In this document: positions 48,586 to 57,151 of the stretch, piece by piece
Layout of the letters: each line of letters starts with the position of its first letter
Position numbering within the stretch: the first letter of the stretch is position 1
Assembly: GCA_030753015.1 (NCBI GenBank)
Contig: JASMDC010000004.1
Location: forward strand, 84,046-148,045
From: Candidatus Undinarchaeales archaeon
GTDB taxonomy: Archaea; SpSt-1190; JASMDC01
Direction of reading: 5' to 3'
Length of the DNA stretch: 64,000 nt
Program-made: the position numbers and the translations under genes
Notes under the pieces: model-generated
What the model was told of the DNA's origin: nothing
Seen by the model: only the letters and a program-made list of their open reading frames with translations
Databases searched by the model: none

Positions 48586-50115
48586 TCAGTCCATGGCCTG
48601 CTTGAGGCCGAGGAAGATGTTCTTTTGTCTCTCGATATAGAGGTACATGTACGCAACAGAGGCGGCGAACACCAGTCCTAGGATGACCACGTAGGCCGTG
48701 ACCTGCTGTCCGAATCCCTCCCAGGCATAGGCCAGCGTCAGGAGGAGCCCCGTGGCAAGGTGGCTGGTGACGGTCAGGGCGTTGGCCGGCACTAGGTCGA
48801 ACGACTCATCGTAGTGTCTCCTGGCGTGGGCGATGGCCCTGAGCGAGAGCGGGAGCGTGATGAAGGCCAGTAGGGTGGCCTGGGGCAGACGTTCGGCGAT
48901 CACACCGGCCAAGATGACGAGGTGCGCCGACACCATGAGCGCTCCGTACACCACCGACGCCCGTGACCGCCCAAGCCTGACCACCAGAGTCTTCTTGCCC
49001 ACCGCCTTGTCGGCCGCGTAGTCGGGGAACTCGTTTATCCAGAGCACTGCCGTTATGAGGAGCGCCACGGGGAGGCTGGCCAGTACCGGGACCCAGCTCA
49101 GTTGCTGCGTCTGCACGAAGTAGGCGCCCAGGGTCATCAGGACGCCGAAGTTCAACCCGATGAGAAGCTCCCCCACACCCCTGCCCGCCCAGTTGAACGG
49201 ACGCCCGGTGTAGAACATCCCCGAGACGAACCCGAACACACCCAGCGCGAGAACGACCGGACCCCTCGCCCACGTCAGGTAGAGGCCGATCAGGCTGGCG
49301 AGGAAGAAGCTGAGGAGTCCGCCCGTCAGCACCTCGAGAGGGGAAAGCAGGCCCGACTGGATCACTCGGCTCCCACCACTGAAGGGCCTGACGAACTCCG
49401 TGTTCGCCTCGTCGTTGCCGCTCACGTGGTCGAAGTAGTCGTTGACCACGTTGGCGCCGATGTGCAGCAGCACTGCAGCGATCAAGGTCAGGGCGAAATA
49501 CCCCCAGTGGAGCATCCCGGTCCCTTCCCATGCCACGGCCGAGCCGAGCAGGACGGGAACGATACTAGCGGTGAGGAACGGCATCCTGATCTCCATCAGC
49601 CAGCTCCTGGCCTTGGTCCTCAGCTGCTCCCCGTCGCTGACCACCGTCCGGTTCTCCGGGTACTCGAGCACAGTGGGCGGCAGCCCCTGGACGATCTCCT
49701 TGAAGATTCGGAGCTTGACCACCTCCGGCGCCACCTTGATGCAGTCCAGGATACCCTCGTTTCCCGCACCCACCAGGTGCTTGACCACCGGCGATCTCTT
49801 TGCGGTGAGCTCGAGTGCCCTCTGTCGCTCTTTCCGATCCTTCACGATCACGGCCTTGCCGCTGATCTCCACCTCGTGCGAATCGTTGATATCGTCCCCT
49901 CCCTTGTAGACGAGGAGCGATACCGAGGGGTGGTGGGTGATCTGCACGGTCTTGGGATCACCCTTCATGGTGGCCAGATAGAGATTGAGATCATCGTCGG
50001 AGGCGAAGTGCATCATGCGGTTCCTCGTCCCTCCACCGGCCGATGTTGCCACCGCGGCCACGGGTATGCTCTCCAGGACCGACTGGATCTCGGCCTTCGT
50101 GTGTTGCGTTTTCAT
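48586..50115 (-). CDS. menA: MenA (DHNA prenyltransferase) fused to an N-terminal pyridoxamine-5'-phosphate-oxidase-like split-barrel domain
   Basis: N-terminal RMMHFA..LYLATMKGDPKTVQI..PSVSL; C-terminal RMPFLTAS, NDYFD, FSGGSRVIQ, NEFPDYAADKAVGKKTLVVRLG. Confidence 0.85.
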   Translation of the reverse strand: MKTQHTKAEIQSVLESIPVAAVATSAGGGTRNRMMHFASDDDLNLYLATMKGDPKTVQITHHPSVSLLVYKGGDDINDSHEVEISGKAVIVKDRKERQRALELTAKRSPVVKHLVGAGNEGILDCIKVAPEVVKLRIFKEIVQGLPPTVLEYPENRTVVSDGEQLRTKARSWLMEIRMPFLTASIVPVLLGSAVAWEGTGMLHWGYFALTLIAAVLLHIGANVVNDYFDHVSGNDEANTEFVRPFSGGSRVIQSGLLSPLEVLTGGLLSFFLASLIGLYLTWARGPVVLALGVFGFVSGMFYTGRPFNWAGRGVGELLIGLNFGVLMTLGAYFVQTQQLSWVPVLASLPVALLITAVLWINEFPDYAADKAVGKKTLVVRLGRSRASVVYGALMVSAHLVILAGVIAERLPQATLLAFITLPLSLRAIAHARRHYDESFDLVPANALTVTSHLATGLLLTLAYAWEGFGQQVTAYVVILGLVFAASVAYMYLYIERQKNIFLGLKQAMD

Positions 50116-50555
50116 CCTCTCACCTCAAAACCCCGAAGAACCACAGCATCCGGGCTCAATCGCCACGTCGAACGTAAATGTTGGATACATTGTCGCGACC
50201 TCGGTCATCCCATTTTGGTCGAGTACCTGAGATAACCGACGATGGAATCTTAACAATTGTTATATTTCTTTGCACCCGCTCCACGGACAGCGCTTTCATC
50301 TCGGCACGGCACCCCTCTTTCCCGTTCGACCTCCGGATGATGCCCTTGGAACAAACCATCACATCCTCTGGACGGGAGTTCACTTGTATTGCCATCACGG
50401 TTGTTCAGACCGCATATGCATGTCCTATCCGCTACGCCAGCTCGGACACGCGCGCCCTCATGGGTACGTCTCTCGAACGATAATCAGGGTGCGACATCTG
50501 CTGGAACACGAGCAGAAAACTGGGAAGCTCCCTAGCATCGATGGTGAGTAAGCCC

Positions 50556-51095
50556 TCAGGTCCCTTCCGCCAGCACCATCCCCTCGTCGAGGTCCCCATC
50601 AGAGACTACTTCGGATCCGAGGCAGCGTTTGTACTCCTTTAGGATGATGAAGGTGTGCTCGTTGTTGATACCCTCGATGGTGAATAACTCCTTCCTCAGG
50701 AACGTGTTCAGCTCCTCTTGCCCTTTGAATAGGCCATGAACCATGAGGTTGTAGTTCCCCGAGACGGAATACATGAGCGTCACCTGGGGGAGCACCTTCA
50801 GTCGGTTGGTCACCGTCTCCACCATGTTGGGCGAGATGTTGAGGCCGAAGATCACGGAGATGTCCTTTCCGAACTTCTTCGGATCTATAGCCGTGATGAA
50901 TCCGGTGATGTACCCCTCATCCATGAGCCTCCGAACACGGCTGCCCACGGTGACGGAGGAGACGCCGATCTCACGTCCGATCTTGCGGAAGGACTTGCGT
51001 GCATCTTTGTTGAGATGTGTGAGAATCCTCTTATCGATCGAGTCGATACCGACCGAGGAATCCATTCTCGGTCGGGCCTTGTTTCTCGCTTCCAT
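50556..51095 (-). CDS. Lrp/AsnC-family transcriptional regulator
   Basis: IDSIDKRILTHLNKDARKSFRKIG HTH and RAM domain. Confidence 0.9.
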   Translation of the reverse strand: MEARNKARPRMDSSVGIDSIDKRILTHLNKDARKSFRKIGREIGVSSVTVGSRVRRLMDEGYITGFITAIDPKKFGKDISVIFGLNISPNMVETVTNRLKVLPQVTLMYSVSGNYNLMVHGLFKGQEELNTFLRKELFTIEGINNEHTFIILKEYKRCLGSEVVSDGDLDEGMVLAEGT

Positions 51096-51212
51096 TGTAA
51101 AGATATTTGGTGTCCTATCTTTAAAAATGTTATCACAATTGTGATGTTTCTAGGTCGCTCTTTTGTTTTTTCCCCTGCCAAGCATACCCGTACCTTTGCT
51201 TATTTCTTTTAA

Positions 51213-51695
51213 TTATCGATCCTCTTCCCCTTTCTTCACTACGCGGACCTCGTCCCCCATCCTAATCTCACCCGGACAGGAAACAGAGGCGAAGTGACTG
51301 TTCTCTCCAAGAGCACAGGCGTTCTCACGGCGGTCCAGACCACAGGAGAGAGGACACTTCCTGCGTGCTGAAGTGATGCGCAGCTGGGCCGTACCGATTC
51401 TCAGCAGGTCCCCACGCTCCAAGCGTTCCCATCCCTCCCCTTCCACAAGGATGTTCTCGCGGAAACGGCCCCTCTTCAGGCATGCCTCTCCCCCGGGGCT
51501 TTCCAAGAACACCCGCATCCCGTCATAGTACAGGAGCGAAAGAGTCCTCTCCTCGACACCGTAATGAGCATCCCTTACATCACCCCCTGCCTCGAGTGTT
51601 AGTGTATCCACTGGAATTGTCCTCCTGCTTTCGTGCTTTTCCCCAGGAGGCACAATCCTTCCTTCGTACACAAAGAGAGCCCTGACCCTCAGCAT
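51213..51695 (-). CDS. MOSC-domain protein
   Basis: DAHYG..RTLSLL, GRFRENILVEG, GDLLRIG..KC, GEIRMGD. Confidence 0.8.
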   Translation of the reverse strand: MLRVRALFVYEGRIVPPGEKHESRRTIPVDTLTLEAGGDVRDAHYGVEERTLSLLYYDGMRVFLESPGGEACLKRGRFRENILVEGEGWERLERGDLLRIGTAQLRITSARRKCPLSCGLDRRENACALGENSHFASVSCPGEIRMGDEVRVVKKGEEDR

Positions 51696-51867
51696 AGAAT
51701 CGCCCGCAAGACATCTGTTCCCTATGAAGAAGCTGTAAAAAGGTTACGCGAACGGCCCCGACTCAATCGATCGTGAGATTCGATCATTGGTTGCTGAGGC
51801 AGGGCGTTACTGACACGATCTTACAGAGTTTCAGTATAGGTAGGATTTCTTTAATTGAGGTGCTTAA

Positions 51868-51951
51868 GTGGCCTCTGTGTACTACTTCGTGCACACTAAG
51901 GCCCTGTGCCCCCCTTGTGAGAAAAAGGAAGAGAAGAAGGAGAAGAAGTAA
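51868..51951 (+). CDS. Candidate 27-aa microprotein MASVYYFVHTKALCPPCEKKEEKKEKK
   Basis: GAGGTG RBS 5 nt before GTG; TAA followed immediately by a terminator-like hairpin. Confidence 0.5.
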   Translation: MASVYYFVHTKALCPPCEKKEEKKEKK

Positions 51952-51990
51952 GGCAGGGGGTCACCCCTGCCTCTCCCTTTTTCTTTCTTT
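51951..51990 (+). terminator. Hairpin AGGCAGGGG/CCCCTGCCT followed by a T-rich tract
   Basis: 9-bp stem followed by CTCCCTTTTTCTTTCTTT. Confidence 0.65.
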
Positions 51991-52009
51991 CGATTCCAAC
52001 TACCAATCA

Positions 52010-52639
52010 ATGGAAAGGAGCTTGTTCACCTCTGCGGCGGTCCTTGCCGGCGGGCAGTCCCGTCGAATGGGATTCGACAAATCGCAGCTGCATATCGGGG
52101 GAAGACCGCTCCTCGACAGCATACTCGAACAGCTCGAGACAAGGTTCGATCGGATCGTCATCGTTGCGGACCGGGAAAAGGACCTGGTCGAGCGCACTGA
52201 CGTGGAGGTCATGTACGACCTAGTCCCTGGCATCGGACCCCTCGCAGGGCTCTACACCGCGCTAAAACATTTCAGGGAAGGATTCGTGTTCCTTACGGCG
52301 TGTGACATGCCCGTAGTGGACGTGGGCTTCATCGACCGGATGAAGGAGGAGTACCGCTCCCGGGAGAGTAACATGTGCGACGCCATCCTGGGAAAGCATA
52401 TAGGGACGGGCATGATCGAGCCGTTCCATGCATTCTACTCGTGCGGACTTGTACCTGAGATCGAACACCTTCTGGAGGCGGGGGAAGGGGGCGAGCCGCG
52501 CAGACGCTCCTTCCAGTCTCTTCTGCATGACAGGGAAACGCTGTTCGTCGATATGGAGGAGGCGGGTTTCTCCCTCAATCTCAACCGCCAGGCCGACGTG
52601 GATACATTTATCAAATCGAACCAGGAGCGCGAAGAGTGA
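52010..52639 (+). CDS. mobA: Molybdenum cofactor guanylyltransferase
   Basis: LAGGQSRRMGFDKS, GPLAGL, ACDMP, NLN. Confidence 0.92.
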   Translation: MERSLFTSAAVLAGGQSRRMGFDKSQLHIGGRPLLDSILEQLETRFDRIVIVADREKDLVERTDVEVMYDLVPGIGPLAGLYTALKHFREGFVFLTACDMPVVDVGFIDRMKEEYRSRESNMCDAILGKHIGTGMIEPFHAFYSCGLVPEIEHLLEAGEGGEPRRRSFQSLLHDRETLFVDMEEAGFSLNLNRQADVDTFIKSNQEREE

Positions 52640-53460
52640 TGGAACCGTCCATAATCACCGAGGTCGGTGCGATCAAGGTCAAGGAGGGCAAATCCACTCC
52701 CATCAGCGACACTGTCGTCCTGGAGTATCCGTTCACACTGCACATCAACGGCGAACAGTACGTCACGCTGGTGTGCAGTCCCCAGCATTTGGAAGAGATG
52801 GTCTACGGCCTGCTGTTCAGTGACAACATCATCCACGGTATGGAGGACGTGGAGGACCTTTCGGTGGTACAAGACAAGGGATTGGCGCGAATCCAACTGA
52901 GGGACCACCTCGACGACAGGAAAAAGCACAGGGGAAGGCGTGTGATCACCTCCGGCTGCGGTAAGAGCACAGTGTTCTACAACGTCGAGGACCTTGTCAC
53001 CCAGAGACCGATTCGCTCAGATGTGACGGTTACGCCCGAAGTCATCCAAGAGATCATGAAGGCGTTCGACAAGTCGTCCGGGATCTACTTCTCCACGGGC
53101 GGTACCCACTCCTGTGCCCTCTGCAAGGAGGATGCGATACTGTTCTTCGCCAGCGACATCGGTAGGCACAACGCCCTGGACAAGTGCGTGGGCTACCTTC
53201 TCAAGAACGCGATCGAGCCAGATGGCTGCTACGTTGTGTCCTCGGGCAGGCTCTCCTCAGAGATGGTCTACAAATGCATGCGCGCTGGAATAGGTGTCGT
53301 GGCCTCACGCTCCGCTACCACGAAGCTCGCCATTGAAGTAGCCGACCAGGTGGGGATGACCCTTATAGGATTCGTGAGGGGTCGCAGGATGAACGTTTAC
53401 ACTCATCCAGAAAGGATCTGCCTTGAAGGGGCTGTACCAGAGGGGAGTGACGAGGCCTAG
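52636..53460 (+). CDS. fdhD: FdhD/NarQ sulfurtransferase
   Basis: ITSGCG, TGGTHSCAL, DIGRHNALDKCVG, SGRLSSEMV, GFVRGRRMNVY. Confidence 0.92.
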   Translation: MMEPSIITEVGAIKVKEGKSTPISDTVVLEYPFTLHINGEQYVTLVCSPQHLEEMVYGLLFSDNIIHGMEDVEDLSVVQDKGLARIQLRDHLDDRKKHRGRRVITSGCGKSTVFYNVEDLVTQRPIRSDVTVTPEVIQEIMKAFDKSSGIYFSTGGTHSCALCKEDAILFFASDIGRHNALDKCVGYLLKNAIEPDGCYVVSSGRLSSEMVYKCMRAGIGVVASRSATTKLAIEVADQVGMTLIGFVRGRRMNVYTHPERICLEGAVPEGSDEA

Positions 53461-54206
53461 AGCTCTTTGACCTTCTTGTCCAGCTCCAAGGAGAACAGGT
53501 CGTGTTTGTCGATGATATCATTCAGGCTCTTCTTGTCGGTCTTCCGGTATTCCTTCTCATCCAGGTAGGCATGGTCGAGCTTGACCTGTAGTACCCCCTT
53601 GCCATCCTCACGCTTCCGTTGAAATGCTACTGAGGAGAACGGGAGGATCTTCGTACCGGTCGAGAAGGCCTTCTCGTTGATAACCCACACACCCGTGGTA
53701 TAGGACATTTCTTCTGTACTGTCCATGGCGGACACCAGCTCCCCCCACCGTTTGTGCTCGGTGTACAGAGAATTGCCCTTCGTCTCGGAGGCCGAAGGAC
53801 TATAGTTAACTTGAACATTCCATTCAGTGATCCTGAGCTCCGGATCGCTCTCCATGTTGAAGGTGTAGGGCTTGTCGTTGGCCGTGCCCTTAGCGTCAAT
53901 GCCATAGAGTATCCCTCGACCGTCCGAGAACCCATCCTGGAACCGCGACAGGTTCTTGGAGGCGTAGTCGCGGGCCTCTTCCTCGGGGACCACCCATCGA
54001 TGGCGTTCCTCGGCAAGGGTGTAGGAGGGGAACAGACCCATGAGCCCGCGGTCCACGTCGAACGTGTATCGGTGCTGGGACTCGCCGTCCTTCTGTACTG
54101 TAAGGAACAGGCGCTCCTCCCGTCGTCCGAGGATGCCGTGCTTGTATGTAGCCTCCAGCTTCACCTCTCGACCATCCTCGAGCTCGTAGGTCTCCATGAC
54201 TATCAC
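53457..54206 (-). CDS. Hypothetical protein
   Basis: 249-aa ORF with protein-like composition and an upstream TATA-like element (about 54237-54244); no recognisable motif. Confidence 0.65.
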   Translation of the reverse strand: MIVMETYELEDGREVKLEATYKHGILGRREERLFLTVQKDGESQHRYTFDVDRGLMGLFPSYTLAEERHRWVVPEEEARDYASKNLSRFQDGFSDGRGILYGIDAKGTANDKPYTFNMESDPELRITEWNVQVNYSPSASETKGNSLYTEHKRWGELVSAMDSTEEMSYTTGVWVINEKAFSTGTKILPFSSVAFQRKREDGKGVLQVKLDHAYLDEKEYRKTDKKSLNDIIDKHDLFSLELDKKVKEL

Positions 54207-54288
54207 CCTGCAGCTATACTGCGCTCTTCAACCGCGATATAAACCTTTCTCTCTGTACAAGCTCGATATTAACTTCTGGAGCAACGTT

Positions 54289-55182
54289 CTAGATCCCGAA
54301 GAACCGTAATGCGTTCGCGACCGTGACCTCGGCCACTTCCTGCTGAGATATTCCGTGGGTTGAGGCGATGGCAGCTATGGCGTACGAAACGTTCACCGGC
54401 TCGTTCACGGGCTCAAGCCTCGTCGGATGCTGGTATGGAGCATCGGTCTCCGTGACCAGTGCTTCGAGCGGTACCTCTGCGGTGATGCGCCTCCAACGCT
54501 TGAACTTGTAAGCAGAACTAGGAACCGATAAGGTGAAGCCCGCCTCTGCCAATCGCGGCCCATATTCCTTCGGACCGGCGAAGCAGTGCCACATGACCCG
54601 TTCCGGTAGAATCCCCTGTTTATCAAGGAGGTCAAGGATGGCACTCAGTGCACCATCCCGCTCGTTGTAGCGGTGGTCTGACCGTTCCTTGTCCACATCT
54701 CGCTCTGATGCGTTACGTACATGGAGCACGTAGGGCTTCCTCAAGTTCTTCGTGAGCTTAAGCACCCATTTCAGTTCAGATAGTTGACGTTCCCTCCCTG
54801 CTAGGGTGCGCGCGTGGTGGAAGTCGAGCCCCACCTCCCCGATAGCCAAGAATTCCTCCGGATTCTCCAGCACATAGTTCTCCCATTCTTCCCTTTGCAC
54901 CCGGTAGACCGCGGCATCTGTGTACGTGACATGTTGCGGTGCCCATCCGCACGTGAATCCCGTCCGCTCTTGCTGGCTGACTATCTCTCGGACCGAATTG
55001 AGAGATGGGATGTCCGTGCTGCTCGTGATGAGATACTTGCCACCCGCAGCGAAGAACCTGTCCATCTGTTCCGAGTATGGTGGGAGTGATGGATCCCTTC
55101 GTCCCAGCCATGGAAGATGACAGTGGACGTCTATGAAGCCGAGCCCGCCCTCCGGTTCCGTTGGGAGCTTCCTTCTCGACAT
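54289..55182 (-). CDS. TatD-family metal-dependent hydrolase
   Basis: IDVHCHL, AIGEVGLDF, VLHVR, WHCFAG, ETDAPY. Confidence 0.88.
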   Translation of the reverse strand: MSRRKLPTEPEGGLGFIDVHCHLPWLGRRDPSLPPYSEQMDRFFAAGGKYLITSSTDIPSLNSVREIVSQQERTGFTCGWAPQHVTYTDAAVYRVQREEWENYVLENPEEFLAIGEVGLDFHHARTLAGRERQLSELKWVLKLTKNLRKPYVLHVRNASERDVDKERSDHRYNERDGALSAILDLLDKQGILPERVMWHCFAGPKEYGPRLAEAGFTLSVPSSAYKFKRWRRITAEVPLEALVTETDAPYQHPTRLEPVNEPVNVSYAIAAIASTHGISQQEVAEVTVANALRFFGI

Positions 55183-55240
55183 CGCATATCTGTCTCTCTT
55201 TTTGCCCTTTTATAAATGAGCCTCGCAATTGTCCGAAACC

Positions 55241-55272
55241 TTTATATACTTGTTACTACTTTATAGTAGTGA
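55241..55272 (+). promoter_or_regulatory. TATA box plus palindromic operator, copy 1 (TTACTACTTTATAGTAGTGA)
   Basis: TTTATATA at 55241-55248 and a 20-bp near-palindrome at 55253-55272. Confidence 0.75.
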
Positions 55273-55283
55273 AGGTTCCCCCC

Positions 55284-56273
55284 ATGTACGATGCTGCTCC
55301 TGCACCGGACGCTGGCGATGCCTACACCGAGCGTGTGTACGGTCTGGTGCGCGACCTCGGGGTCAAGGATAAGGAGCTAGCGGACGACCTGGCCTACCTC
55401 CACAAGGACGGCCTGAAGCCCGAGGACCTCACGGAGCTCAAGGGCAGGGCCGACGGTTACCGCACTTTCTCCTCATACCTCAAGGACGATATCGAGGGCG
55501 ATATCACCGGCCTCATGGCAGATAAGAAGGCCGCCCGTGACAAGCAGTACGGTAGCCAGATGAGCAAAGACGAGATCAACGAGGCCTACGAGCTCATGTG
55601 TGATATCGACGGTGGTAACCGCACTCTCAAGCTCCATGAGTGGGAGCGAAAGGACGGTTCCAAGGGGTCCCGTCGAGGGTACACCGAGAACGCCATGCTC
55701 CGCTCACTGGGCTTCGATACATTCCAGAAGAAATTCGGTGAATCCTCACATCGCGACGACACTCTCACACGCATCGACGGATACCTTGACGAGCTTGACC
55801 GGTTCGAGATCCCCGCTCAGGGGCCTTCCTACTGGGAGCGCCTTGGCGAGTACGGGGAGAAGTTCCTCGATTGGGGCAAGGCCGCATACGAGACCGGTAA
55901 GGACATTGCCGTCAAAGGCTACCACGTCGCTGCCGACGGCCTAGAGAAGGGCTACGCGATCGCCAAGGACGCTGCCATCAAGGGCTACCATCTCGCGGGC
56001 GAAGGCCTCTCCAAAGGCTGGGAGGCTACGAAGCGGAGTGCCAAGGCCTTCGGTGAAGGTGTCGAGTCCACTATAGCTCGTATAGGTGCCTCCTACAAAA
56101 CGGACTCAGCCGCACGCGCCCGTGACCTTCTCGAGTACAACAAGACCATGGGCGAGGCCCGTGACTCACTCTTCATCGGTATACTCCAGAACAAGGCGAA
56201 GATGCAGTCCGAAGTGAACCGCATAGAGAAAGAGACCGGAGGAGCCATCGATAACCTATTCGCCTGGGCCTAG
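55284..56273 (+). CDS. Hypothetical protein with 22-aa amphipathic repeats; paralog of 56388..56996
   Basis: ATG at 55284 downstream of the TATA/operator; shared C-terminus RIGASYKTDSAARARDL..GEARD..GILQNKA. Confidence 0.75.
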   Translation: MYDAAPAPDAGDAYTERVYGLVRDLGVKDKELADDLAYLHKDGLKPEDLTELKGRADGYRTFSSYLKDDIEGDITGLMADKKAARDKQYGSQMSKDEINEAYELMCDIDGGNRTLKLHEWERKDGSKGSRRGYTENAMLRSLGFDTFQKKFGESSHRDDTLTRIDGYLDELDRFEIPAQGPSYWERLGEYGEKFLDWGKAAYETGKDIAVKGYHVAADGLEKGYAIAKDAAIKGYHLAGEGLSKGWEATKRSAKAFGEGVESTIARIGASYKTDSAARARDLLEYNKTMGEARDSLFIGILQNKAKMQSEVNRIEKETGGAIDNLFAWA

Positions 56274-56345
56274 GACCTCCAATCGCCCCCATCGGCCGGG
56301 AAATGCATCACCAGAACGAGCCATAGCGCACGAAAAAAGGAAATA

Positions 56346-56376
56346 TTTATATAGCTTCACCACTATATAGTAGTAA
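56346..56376 (+). promoter_or_regulatory. TATA box plus palindromic operator, copy 2 (TCACCACTATATAGTAGTAA)
   Basis: TTTATATA at 56346-56353; motif at 56357-56376. Confidence 0.75.
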
Positions 56377-56387
56377 ACTGGTGATGA

Positions 56388-56996
56388 ATGATGATCGAAG
56401 GTATTGACAAGGATGGCGGCGAGTGCAGGGCAATGGAGCTCTACACCGGCGGCAAGGACATAGCACCTTACGCCGAGGCCGGTCTTCCTGTTTCATATTC
56501 ACTCAACGGCAAGGAGCTCTCCCCCTACGCCAAGGGCGGCGAGCTGGTCCTGGCCGAGGACGGGAAGAGCGCACAGGGCTCCTACTCCGTTCCCTCCGGT
56601 TCTTACAGCGATAACGGGGCCGAGCTCAGCTACCTCTTGGCTGGCGAGAACCCCCACGAGGATAACCCCCAGGAGACCGCTGAGCGGAATGCGAAGCTCG
56701 GTAAGTACTGGGAAGGTGCCAAGGAGTTCGGAAAGGGTGCCCTCGACCTCGGTGGTCGCGCCGTCAAGGGCGTCGGCAACGCCATAGAGACTGGTATAGG
56801 TCGCATCGGCGGTTCCTACAAGACGGATTCCGCATCACGCGCTCAAGATCTCTACCAGACATCCAAGACACTCGGCGAGGCCCGAGACGTCTACTACCAG
56901 GGCATCCTCAAGAACAAAGCGCAGATGCAGGGATACATCAACCAGATAGAGGAGATCACCCCTAGCACCATGGAGCTCATGTTCGACTGGATGTAA
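56388..56996 (+). CDS. Hypothetical protein; C-terminus paralogous to 55284..56273
   Basis: RIGGSYKTDSASRAQDL..GEARD..GILKNKAQMQ. Confidence 0.75.
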   Translation: MMIEGIDKDGGECRAMELYTGGKDIAPYAEAGLPVSYSLNGKELSPYAKGGELVLAEDGKSAQGSYSVPSGSYSDNGAELSYLLAGENPHEDNPQETAERNAKLGKYWEGAKEFGKGALDLGGRAVKGVGNAIETGIGRIGGSYKTDSASRAQDLYQTSKTLGEARDVYYQGILKNKAQMQGYINQIEEITPSTMELMFDWM

Positions 56997-57108
56997 GCAC
57001 GCTCATCCATCATAACAGATAGACAGAGGACCAAACCCCCGGCAACGGCTCCGGAGGCACAGGCCCCAAAGGCCTATTTATAAAGTGGACGTGTTTTTCA
57101 AGGAAACA

Positions 57109-57140
57109 TTTATATACAAGTTACTACTATATAGTAGTAA
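57109..57140 (+). promoter_or_regulatory. TATA box plus perfect 20-bp palindromic operator, copy 3 (TTACTACTATATAGTAGTAA)
   Basis: TTTATATA at 57109-57116; exact palindrome at 57121-57140. Confidence 0.8.
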
Positions 57141-57151
57141 AGGACATACCG

